From an uncultured bacterium (GTDB lineage Bacteria > Acidobacteriota > Thermoanaerobaculia > Multivoradales > J023): a stretch of DNA of 64,000 nt. Under the pieces are notes generated by a model that did not search any database, had not been told where the DNA came from, and saw only the letters and a program-made list of their open reading frames with translations. Positions 9,225-18,213 of the stretch are shown here, piece after piece. Made by a program: the position numbers and the translations under genes. The number at the start of each line of letters is the position of its first letter. The stretch's first letter is position 1. The stretch spans positions 1,061 through 65,060 of the forward strand of contig CALFAM010000052.1 of NCBI GenBank assembly GCA_937948815.1, given 5' to 3'.

Positions 9225-10511
9225 ATGATCGCGTTTGCTTCGTTGTTCCTGGGCCTGGTGCTGGGCATCAAACCGGTCGAGATCGTCGTGGGCGAAGGAG
9301 TCGCGTCGATCGAGCTGCTTCTCGATGGCGAAACTGTCGGCATGCTGCACGAGCCACCCTGGGTGCTCGATGTCGACTTCGGCGACGAGCTGACGCCAGC
9401 ACACCTCGAAGCGGTCGCCCGAGATGGCGCGAAGAAAGAAGTCGCGCGCATCGACCAATGGCTCAACCTGCCGACCTCGCGCGTGGTCATCAACGCCACG
9501 CTCGAGCCGCGCCAACCGGGCAAGCCGCGGGTCGCGCTGCTTTCCTGGGAGAGCACGGTCGGCGCCGAGCCGCAATCCGTCACCGCTTCCGTCGACGGCG
9601 TACCGATCACGGTCACCGATCCACGGCGCATCGAGCTGCCGCCGGTCGACGAGCAACAGCTTCACCTGTTGAATGTGGAGATGCGCTTCGAGAAGCGCGC
9701 GTCTGCACGCCTCGATTTCACCTTTGGCGGCCTCTACGTCGACCAGGTGAGCACCGAGATGACCGCGCTGCCGATCCGCCGCACCCAGGCATCCGCGCAG
9801 CCGCCAACGGTCGAGCAGGCCCAGAGCTGGTTCGCCAAGAATGACGAACCGGTGCGCGTGATTGCGGTGGAGCGCGGCCCGGCTGAGGTCGTGGTGGTCA
9901 TGGGGCGGCCGTTCCCCCACATCCTCGACCCGGGCCGCCGCCAGAAGCTGCCGAAGGATCTCAATCTCCCCAAGGGCTTCGGCGTGCGTTTCGTCTCCCC
10001 GATACCAACCCAGACCGAGGGCGTCGAAACGAGCTTCGAGCTCTTTCCGATCTCCCCCGTCTACCACCGCGATGTCGCCGATCTCTACTCGCTGCTGACC
10101 AACCTCTCACGCTCGAAGGAGCGCCGCGATCCGCTTCCGGGGTCGGCACTCGGCGTCGCGGGCCTGGCGGCGTACGAAAGCCGGCGCCGGCGCGCCATCG
10201 TGCTCATCCCGAGCGCCAGTCCGGCGGGCGAAGAGGACTACCCTCCGGCCCTGAGTCGAGGCTATCTCGAGCGCTTGCGCGTTCCCTTCTACGTATGGGA
10301 TCCAGAGCCCAAGCCGGTGCAACAGGTCATGCAGTGGGGGACCGTGCGCAGCGTTCCATCGCTCAAAAAGCTGGCCGAAGCGTTCGCCGACCTGCGCGCC
10401 GACCTCGACGAGCAGTGGGTCGTCTGGATCGATGGCCAGCATCTGCCCCAGGACATCACGTTGACGCCGGCGGCCAAGGGATTCGTCATCCCCGGGAGCG
10501 GCGACCCATGA
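9225..10511 (+). CDS. Hypothetical membrane-anchored protein
   Basis: 428-aa ORF with N-terminal hydrophobic segment MIAFASLFLGLVLG. Its stop overlaps the next start (ATGA at 10508-10511). No family recognised. Confidence 0.5.
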   Translation: MIAFASLFLGLVLGIKPVEIVVGEGVASIELLLDGETVGMLHEPPWVLDVDFGDELTPAHLEAVARDGAKKEVARIDQWLNLPTSRVVINATLEPRQPGKPRVALLSWESTVGAEPQSVTASVDGVPITVTDPRRIELPPVDEQQLHLLNVEMRFEKRASARLDFTFGGLYVDQVSTEMTALPIRRTQASAQPPTVEQAQSWFAKNDEPVRVIAVERGPAEVVVVMGRPFPHILDPGRRQKLPKDLNLPKGFGVRFVSPIPTQTEGVETSFELFPISPVYHRDVADLYSLLTNLSRSKERRDPLPGSALGVAGLAAYESRRRRAIVLIPSASPAGEEDYPPALSRGYLERLRVPFYVWDPEPKPVQQVMQWGTVRSVPSLKKLAEAFADLRADLDEQWVVWIDGQHLPQDITLTPAAKGFVIPGSGDP

Positions 10512-11617
10512 GCACGGACCGCGCGTCCGGCCGGCCGAAGCCAGGCGCGTGGCGCTTCGACCGCGAGCAGGCATCGGGCGACTGGGTACCGGCGGATTGG
10601 CAGCGGATCGAAACGATCGACGCCCATACCGAGGGCGAGCCGTTGCGGGTGATCCTGAACGGGCTCCCGACGATTCCTGGCAGCACCATGGCCGCGCGAC
10701 GCGCCTGGGCCCAGCAGAACCTCGACAGCCTGCGCCGCTCGCTGATGCTCGAGCCCCGCGGCCACGCCGACATGTACGGCTGCATCGTCACGCCACCCGC
10801 TTCCGCCGACGGTGACTTCGGCGTGCTCTTCTTGCACAACGAGGGCTGGAGCACGATGTGCGGCCACGGCATCATCGCTGTGGTCACGGTCGGCGTCGAA
10901 GCCGGCCTGCTGGCAACCGGGAGCCATCCAGCTCGTTTCGAGATCGACACGCCGGCCGGTCGGGTTTCGGCCCGTGCAGAGCGCGAATCGGCGAGCCTCG
11001 AGCGCGGATCGGGGCGCGTTCGCAGTGTGGCCTTCGACAATGTCCCGTCCTATGCCGCGGCGCTCGACGCCGAGGTCACCGTTCCTGGCTATGGACGCGT
11101 TTCGTACGATCTCGGCTTCGGCGGCGCGTTCTATGCCTATGTCGACGCGCCTTCCCTCGGGCTCGATCTCAACCCCGAGAACGCTGGCGCGCTGATCACT
11201 GCGGGTCGCGCGATCAAACAAGCTGTGATGGCCGCGCACCCCATCACGCATCCCACCGAACCCGAGCTGGCCTTCCTCTACGGCACGATCTTCGTCGGGC
11301 CAGCCGTCGATCCCACGAGCCACAGCCGCAACGTTTGCATCTTCGCCGATGGCGAAGTCGATCGCTCCCCGACCGGAACAGGGGTATCGGGCCGGCTCGC
11401 CATCCACCATGCCCGCGGCGAGATCGACGTCGACCAGGCGATCGAGATCGAGTCGATTCTCGGCACCCGCTTCACCGGTCGGGTGCGGTCGACGACCCGC
11501 TTCGGTCAACACGACGCGATCCTCCCCGAGGTGACTGGGCAGGCATTCGTGACCGGACGCAGCGAGCTACTTCTGGCCCCCGATGACCCGCTGCGCGAGG
11601 GCTTCTTCCTACGCTGA
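10508..11617 (+). CDS. Proline racemase superfamily enzyme, Cys/Thr type (trans-3-hydroxy-L-proline dehydratase-like)
   Basis: Motifs STMCGHG (Cys118) and DRSPTGTG (Thr289, codon 11372-11374). In-frame ATG at 10508 overlaps the upstream stop. The track ORF start at 10295 lies inside the preceding gene. Confidence 0.8.
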   Translation: MSTDRASGRPKPGAWRFDREQASGDWVPADWQRIETIDAHTEGEPLRVILNGLPTIPGSTMAARRAWAQQNLDSLRRSLMLEPRGHADMYGCIVTPPASADGDFGVLFLHNEGWSTMCGHGIIAVVTVGVEAGLLATGSHPARFEIDTPAGRVSARAERESASLERGSGRVRSVAFDNVPSYAAALDAEVTVPGYGRVSYDLGFGGAFYAYVDAPSLGLDLNPENAGALITAGRAIKQAVMAAHPITHPTEPELAFLYGTIFVGPAVDPTSHSRNVCIFADGEVDRSPTGTGVSGRLAIHHARGEIDVDQAIEIESILGTRFTGRVRSTTRFGQHDAILPEVTGQAFVTGRSELLLAPDDPLREGFFLR

Positions 11618-11699
11618 GCCGCTCGCGGGAACCGCACGAGCCCTGGCCTCATGCCGAGGTCATTGCGCCTGAGCTTGGGATAGCATCGGCGCCATCATC

Positions 11700-12569
11700 A
11701 TGACGCCCATTTTGCTGCTCGCCATCAGCTTGATCCAGGTAATCCTCGCGCCCGTGATCGCCGGGCTCGCCCGTCGTTCGGGCGTGCTCTTCGCGGGTAC
11801 CGACAGCTTCGTCGCCACCACCATCGGCGCGCTGACCCTGGTTCACATCCTGCCGCATGCCTACGGCGTGCTCGGCCCCATGGCCTGGGTCGCGGCACTG
11901 GTCGGCGGGCTGGTCCCGATCGGAATGCACATGGCATTCCACCGTCTCGAACATCGCGCCATGCCAACGCTGCTCTGGCTGGTTCTCGGCGCACTGGCCC
12001 TGCACGCCATGCTCGACGGCGCGGCCCTCGCCGCTTCGTCCGATGCGGCCGGCCATGCGGCGACGGAAAGCGCCCACAGCGATGGCCACGAGCACGGAGC
12101 CAACGGTTCGCTCCTGGGGGCCGCCGTCGTACTCCACCGCTTCCCGATGGTGCTCGGCATCTGGTGGTTCGCCCTGCCGCGACTCGGTCGCTGGGCAGCC
12201 AGCAGCCTGCTCGCCGCCATCGGCATTGGCACCGTGGTCGGCTACGGTGCGGTTGGCCTGTCATGGGCGGCGCTCGACTCACGCCCCCTGGCGCTCATCC
12301 AAGCTGTCGTCGGGGGCATGCTGTTTCACGTCTTGATCGGGCACGAAGGTCCCGAACACGACCGCACGGCCATTGGCAAGCGTCGTGGCGCGATCGTCGC
12401 GGGCGCCCTGACGGGCATCGGGCTGATGATCGTGATGGCCAGCCTCGGAACCCTCGAGCTTCCCGCCTCCTCTCCCCTCTCCACCGTTCTCACCATCGGC
12501 GCCTCCCTCGCCGTCGCGGCCTACGTGCTCCAAGCACGCTGGCGGCAACGCCACGAGCACCACCACTGA
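11700..12569 (+). CDS. ZIP-like divalent metal transporter (tentative)
   Basis: Polytopic membrane ORF with a His-rich loop (HSDGHEHG), HAMLDGAAL and HRFPMVLG helices reminiscent of ZIP motifs, and a C-terminal RHEHHH. Confidence 0.45.
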   Translation: MTPILLLAISLIQVILAPVIAGLARRSGVLFAGTDSFVATTIGALTLVHILPHAYGVLGPMAWVAALVGGLVPIGMHMAFHRLEHRAMPTLLWLVLGALALHAMLDGAALAASSDAAGHAATESAHSDGHEHGANGSLLGAAVVLHRFPMVLGIWWFALPRLGRWAASSLLAAIGIGTVVGYGAVGLSWAALDSRPLALIQAVVGGMLFHVLIGHEGPEHDRTAIGKRRGAIVAGALTGIGLMIVMASLGTLELPASSPLSTVLTIGASLAVAAYVLQARWRQRHEHHH

Positions 12570-12756
12570 GTCAGCACACGAACGGCCTGCACCGCGCCAG
12601 GGTCCGGGAACAAGAGAGGCCGTAGACAAGAGGGTGGCACCTGGCCAGCACCGCACCTGGCCAGCACCTGGTCACACCTGCAACTGCGCACACCTGCCCC
12701 TACGTCAGGACTCACGACAGACGTGCGGTAGGATCCGCCCATTCAAGGAGGAAACC

Positions 12757-13314
12757 ATGACGGAGAATGCGTCCCCACCGGCGTCTCGCCCGGCCACCCC
12801 TGCGCCCCGCAGTCGCCTGCCTCTGATGATCGGCCTGATGGCCTTCGTTGGCGGTGTGTGGCTGCTGCTCGATTCCTATGGCATGAACATTCCGCCGTTC
12901 AAGCGGATGTGGCCAATGTTCCTGATTCTCGGCGGGCTGGCGTCAGCGGTCGACTACTTCTTCCTCAGCCGGCGCCCACGCTCCGCAGGTGGCGCCACGA
13001 GCTTTATCGGCTTCGGCGTTCTCGGCTTCGCGATCACCCTCGGCTACACCACCTGGGGCCGTTTCCTCGACTGGCTCCCCAGCTTTCCGACCATTCTCGG
13101 GCTCGGTTTCCTGACCACCTGGGTGGCCGGCGGGCGGCGTGACGGCAGCTTGATGTTCGCCGGCCTGGTGATGGTCGGACTGGGCCTGATGGGCTACGCC
13201 GCGCGCTTCGACGTGCTTCAGCGCATTCTGCCTTCGGCGCAGATCATCTGGGCCTTCATCCTGCTCTTGGGTGGTGGCTTCTTGATCTGGCGAACCTTCG
13301 CACCCAAGAAGTAG
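12757..13314 (+). CDS. Hypothetical integral membrane protein
   Basis: ATG at 12757 preceded by AAGGAGG (12744-12750). 185 aa with about 5 hydrophobic helices. The track ORF begins upstream (12634) with no RBS. Confidence 0.5.
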   Translation: MTENASPPASRPATPAPRSRLPLMIGLMAFVGGVWLLLDSYGMNIPPFKRMWPMFLILGGLASAVDYFFLSRRPRSAGGATSFIGFGVLGFAITLGYTTWGRFLDWLPSFPTILGLGFLTTWVAGGRRDGSLMFAGLVMVGLGLMGYAARFDVLQRILPSAQIIWAFILLLGGGFLIWRTFAPKK

Positions 13315-13411
13315 TACCAGGCGCCGATCGATCGAGAAAGGGTGTGCAGGCGAAGCTCTGGGCACCCTCCGCCAATCATCTCCCCCAAACAATGATCGCG
13401 GTACGAAGCGC

Positions 13412-16237
13412 ATGGCACGTCAGTCAATATGGTTCGGCTCACTCGCATTCCTTCTTGCAGCAACGTTCGCCGCGGCGCAAGACACTGGTTCGATCTCGGG
13501 CCAGGTGACCGATCGCGTCAATGGCGCACCCCTGGCCGGAGTCGACCTTGCACTCCAAGGCGCCCAGCTGTTCCGCAACGTCTACACGGACTCCGATGGC
13601 CGCTTCGAGTTCGAAGGGCTGCCAGCAGACGACAGCTACGTTCTGTTTACCCGCTTTGCCAACGGCCAGGGGTTTCTCGACCAGGGATGACAAGATCGCC
13701 CCTGCAACCACGAGTATGGTTGTGACCCGAGCACCTTCGATTCGATCGCCGTAGGCGCGGGTGAAGCGGTCACCGGGATCGACTTCGCCCTCGACCGGCT
13801 CGGCGCAATCGAAGGCGAGATCCGCCAAGCGGTCAGCGGTGCCATGCTGCATGGGATCGGTGTGGAAGCCCACTTCACCGACGGAGGATTTGGCGGCGGT
13901 ACCCAGACCGACGTGTTCGGCCGCTATCGAATCGAGCGCCTCCACCCCGGTGATGTCGTCGTGTACACCCAGAGCTCGCAGACGGTCGTCGACGAGATCT
14001 ACCATGACCATCCGTGCACGCCCGGTTGCGAGTTGACACGCGGTGACCCCGTCACGGTCGTTGCCAACGAGACGACTCGTGGAATCGACTTCGAGCTCGA
14101 CCCGGGCGCCGTCATCATGGGAACGACCGTCGATGCCACCTCGGGCACGCCTGCTGCGCAGATCGAGGTGCGGGCGTACGACCTGACCGGCAATACGCTC
14201 GTCCGCAGCGCGCTGAGTGACACCAGCGGCCGCTACTCACTGACCGCGCTGCCGGCCGGCAGCTATCTCGTGGTCAGCATGGGCAATGAGCGTTTTGCCC
14301 CCATCCTCTACGAGAACGTGACCTGCCCAGGCGACTCCTACAATCCATTTCAAGTGTGTTCGCCGGACGACGGACGCCCCGTCACGGTCGGTCTCAATCA
14401 AGAGATCGACGGCATCACCCTCCGCATGAAAGAGCTCGGCATGGTGTCCGGCACAGTCACCGCTGCCGACACGGGACTACCCTTGGCCAACCGCAGTGTA
14501 CGTCTCGTCAACGACGACTACTTCTCGCGATCCGGAACGACCGACGATGACGGTCGCTATCAGGTGGGCGGGCTTCCGCCGGGGATCTATGCCGCCTTGG
14601 CTACGACCTTCAGCAACTACTTGCCGGTCGTATGGGAGGACACACTCTGCATCAACTGCGATGCGCGGGCGGAAGGCAACCCGATCGTGATCGAGCTCAA
14701 TCAGATCCGAGCGGGCATTGATTTTTCCTTGCCGCCTTCCGCTCGGCTGTCCGGGCGTGTCATCAACGGCGTCACCTTCGAACCCATTCGGTCGGCACGC
14801 GTCATGCTCTTCGACCAAGATGGCAATCAAGTTGGAACGGATTTCTCCAACTCGGACGGCACGTACCGATTCGAGACCTTGGCGGCCGGTACGTACTTCC
14901 TTCGCGCCGAGGAGTATGGCTTCGGCACCCAGCTCTGGAATGGCATCCCGTGCACGGGCAATTGCAATCCAACGAGCGGCACGCCGATCGTGGTCGACTT
15001 CGGCGACGACGTAACCGATGTCGACTTCCAGCTCGATCTCCCGAGTGGCATCGTCGGTCGCGTGACCCACGCCGAGACGGGCGTTTCCCTTCAATCGGCC
15101 CGGGTCCTGCTCTGGGACGACATGGGCAACTTGATCGGCTCGGACTTCCCCTCGGAGTCGGGCCGCTATCAGTTCCTCCCGGGCCCCGGCACGTATTTCT
15201 TGTCGACAGAGTCCGGTGTTGACCCTCTGTACTCCGGCATTGACGAGGTGTACAGCGGCATCCCATGCCCGCCGGCCGACCAGGGCGGATGCAACCCGCT
15301 GCTCGGCACGCCGGTCACCGTTACCGAGACGACCGTCGTCACGGACATCGACTTCGCCCTGGCCGGCTACGCCTACACGAGCTGCCAGCCGTCCGATGAG
15401 TATCTCTGTCTGGCGAACGGCCGGTTCCTGGCCACGGCGACTTGGCGTACGCCCGACGGCCGGAGCGGCCGTGCCGGTGTCCAGGCGCTCACAGACGAAA
15501 CCGGCTATTTCTGGTTCTTCCGACCCGGGAATGTCGAGGCGATCGTCAAGGTGCTCGACGCCTGTACCGCGTCCGTCCCGCACTTCTGGACGTTCGCCGC
15601 GGGTCTGACCAACCTCGACGTCGAGCTAACCGTGGTCGACACCTTTACCAACGACGTCAACACCTACCGCAGCAACGCCGGTGTCCCCTTCGCGCCGATT
15701 CAAGATACTCGCGCGTTCGAGACCTGCGACCTGTCCTATGACCCGTTCTTCCTGCGACCCAGCAAGGCATCAGCGAGCACGGCATCAGCGAGTACGGTGA
15801 CGCCACGATTGCCGGCACCCACGCCCACGAAAACGCCCGCACCAAAAGGCGCGGCATGCACCCCGAGCGACACGGCCATGTGCCTGGGGCCCGACGGTCG
15901 CTTTCGGGTCGAGGCGACTTGGCGGCGGTTCGACGACGGCACCGGTGACGCCATGGTCGTCCCCCTGGCGCCCGACGGCAGCACCGAAGCGGATACCGGA
16001 ACCATGTGGTTCTTCCGGCCGGACAACGTCGAAGTCGTGGTCAAGGTACTCGACGCGTGTAGCAGCGCCAGCAACCGCTTCTGGGTATTCGCCGGGGGCC
16101 TGACCAATGTGCAGGTCGATTTACGGGTCACCGATACGGCAACGGGCGAAGTCAAGACCTACTTCAACCAGCTCGGCCAGCCCTTCCAGCCGATCGTCGA
16201 CACCCAGGCGTTCGACACCTGCGACGCGATGCCCTGA
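13412..16237 (+). pseudogene. Secreted carboxypeptidase-regulatory-like repeat protein, single reading frame interrupted by in-frame TGA at 13688-13690
   Basis: ORFs 13412-13690 (signal peptide plus first repeat) and 13844-16237 are in the same frame. The 51 codons between them are open and continue the repeat (QDRPCNHEYGCDPSTFDSIAVGAGEAVTGIDFAL). Five further repeats and two C-terminal Cys-containing modules follow. Confidence 0.6.
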
Positions 16238-16327
16238 GCCGCGCCGAAGTCGAGACTCGGGCAACCGGTCGCCAGGAGCGGGAAGCCAGCGGCCCGTGCA
16301 CGCCAACCGGTGACGCGAGGGGTCCGG

Positions 16328-18067
16328 TCAGGGAATCGTGGTCGGCAGGTCCGTGGCGAGCTCGGCTCCCGCGCCTGGCAGGGTCCAGGCGGACAGGTCA
16401 CCTGACTCGAAGCCATCGGCGAAGAGCACGTCCTGTACATCGAGGATCTGATCGGCGGCGACGTCTTCGAGCTCCGTTCGCCGGCCGTTGGGCCACTCGA
16501 TGACGACGCGGTCGACCAAGGTCGCAGTGCCGAGTCCGAAGAAAGCCTCGGCGGGCTCTTGTCCAAAGGCGCTGATGCCGGCGGTGATCAGACGCATGTG
16601 CGATACGCCGCCAACTTCGATGCGGATGATGGCGCCGATCGCGCGGTAGTTGGCGCCGGCCATCCGCGGCCGTACGACCAGGTAGTGATTGCCCGTCGTC
16701 GTCTCGTTCTCGATCAGACGCATCCTGTGCGGCTGAATTCCGCTGCCGTTACAGCTCTGAACGAGATCGAGATCGCCGTCGCGATCATAGTCGAGCGCAT
16801 TGAGTGAGCTTCCCCAGTAGGTATCGTCGAGGCCCGCCGACGCAGAAGCGTCACTGAACGTGACGGGCTCTCCGCCTTCGTTGCGGTAGAAGACTGACGC
16901 ATCATCGTGGGCTAGGCCGCTGAACCACCCGTTGGTCGCCGCCAGGTCGAGATCACCGTCGTTGTCGGCGTCGAAGAACGTGCATCCCCATCCCCAGCCG
17001 CCCTGCGCCACGCCAGCCTCGAAAGACACCCGCGTGAACTGCAAACCTCCAGCCGTCGAATCGTTGCGGAACAGAATGTTGTTGCGGGTCGACGTGGTGA
17101 TGTTCGTCACGTAGATGTCGAGATCACCGTCATTGTCGTAGTCACCGAGAGATTGCCCCATATCGTTCCAGGCGTTGTCGACCCCGGCCGTAGCAGCAAC
17201 GTCGACGAAGGTGTTGTCGCCCTGGTTAATCCACAGGTGGTTGGGGGAAAAGTCGGTGACGTAGTGGATGTCGAGCCAGCCGTCGCCATTCCAATCATGG
17301 AAGGTCGGCTGCCAGTGGTAGCCGAAGCTGGGCATCCCGGCACTGGCACTGATGTCGGTGAACGTACCGTCACCATCGTTGAGCAACAGCGTGATCCCGC
17401 CGCTCCAGAGCCCGAAGATGAGATCCAGATAGCCGTCGTTGTTGATGTCCCCGGCGGCGATGCCACCCCGGTGCGCCATGGTGTCGGTGATCGTGTCGTC
17501 CGGAATGTCCGCTGCCACCGTGACATCGACGAACTGAGCGTCCGAAGCTTGACGGTAGAGCTTGAGGGTCGTGGTGTCCGGGCAGTCGGCGTCCGCTTCC
17601 CAGCAGTCCGAAGCCGTGAAGAGATCGAGGCGGTGATCGCCGTCAAAGTCGAACCAGATCGCGGTCCGGCTGCGGCCGGTCGACGCGAGGCCCGCTGCGA
17701 CACCGATTTCATCGAACGTGCCGTCACCGCGGTTGCGATACAGCTGGTTGGCAACGCCGCCGGAATTGGGCACGAAGAGATCGATGTCGCCGTCGTCGTC
17801 GAAGTCGACCGCGAGCACGCTGCCGCTCTTGCCATGCTCCATCTGAGAGGGCTGGATGCCTGCCAGGTCACTGACTTCGAGGAAATCGATATCGCCCGCC
17901 CAAGCGTTCGTGGCCAGCCCCCAACCCAGGAGCACAGCAGCGAGCTGCACGAGCCGACGCGGGAACGCCCGACACCCCGCGAGATTGCCTGAAGGCAGAG
18001 AGCGTCTGGGTAGGTCGTGTCGAGACCGTTGGAGAGATTCGGGAGTGGCAGGCCGTCCGTGGCGCAT
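16328..18067 (-). CDS. CRTAC1/ASPIC-UnbV family FG-GAP repeat protein (secreted)
   Basis: Repeated DxDxDGDLD FG-GAP calcium-binding loops. C-terminal UnbV/ASPIC-like block IGAIIRIEVGGVSHMRLITAGISAFGQEP...VVIEWPNGRR. Hydrophobic signal-like N-terminus. Confidence 0.75.
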   Translation of the reverse strand: MRHGRPATPESLQRSRHDLPRRSLPSGNLAGCRAFPRRLVQLAAVLLGWGLATNAWAGDIDFLEVSDLAGIQPSQMEHGKSGSVLAVDFDDDGDIDLFVPNSGGVANQLYRNRGDGTFDEIGVAAGLASTGRSRTAIWFDFDGDHRLDLFTASDCWEADADCPDTTTLKLYRQASDAQFVDVTVAADIPDDTITDTMAHRGGIAAGDINNDGYLDLIFGLWSGGITLLLNDGDGTFTDISASAGMPSFGYHWQPTFHDWNGDGWLDIHYVTDFSPNHLWINQGDNTFVDVAATAGVDNAWNDMGQSLGDYDNDGDLDIYVTNITTSTRNNILFRNDSTAGGLQFTRVSFEAGVAQGGWGWGCTFFDADNDGDLDLAATNGWFSGLAHDDASVFYRNEGGEPVTFSDASASAGLDDTYWGSSLNALDYDRDGDLDLVQSCNGSGIQPHRMRLIENETTTGNHYLVVRPRMAGANYRAIGAIIRIEVGGVSHMRLITAGISAFGQEPAEAFFGLGTATLVDRVVIEWPNGRRTELEDVAADQILDVQDVLFADGFESGDLSAWTLPGAGAELATDLPTTIP

Positions 18068-18213
18068 CGCGTCCTCCTGCAGGAATGCCGATCGTGTAGT
18101 TTTCGAGAGGTCGTCCGCCTATTCCCAGTCTAGCAAACGCGCAGCTCGCCCTCACCGAGGACGCCCCCAACCAAGATGCTCACCAGATCTGCCGACGATC
18201 CGAACGGTGCCGA

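Noticed and set aside
10295-10507. Upstream extension of the proline-racemase-family ORF
   Set aside because: It lies within the preceding gene in another frame. The in-frame ATG at 10508 overlaps that gene's stop (ATGA coupling) and gives a normal-length protein.
8865-11512. Minus-strand ORFs 8865-10067 (400 aa) and 10289-11512 (407 aa)
   Set aside because: Antisense to the sigma-factor tail, the hypothetical gene and the proline-racemase-family gene. The last has unambiguous catalytic motifs on the plus strand.
13688-13690. Selenocysteine or code-4 (TGA=Trp) reading of the in-frame TGA
   Set aside because: Aligned positions in sister repeats are Tyr/Trp, not Cys, which argues against Sec. 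Many well-supported genes in the window end in TGA, which argues against global reassignment. Nonsense mutation or sequencing error is more parsimonious.
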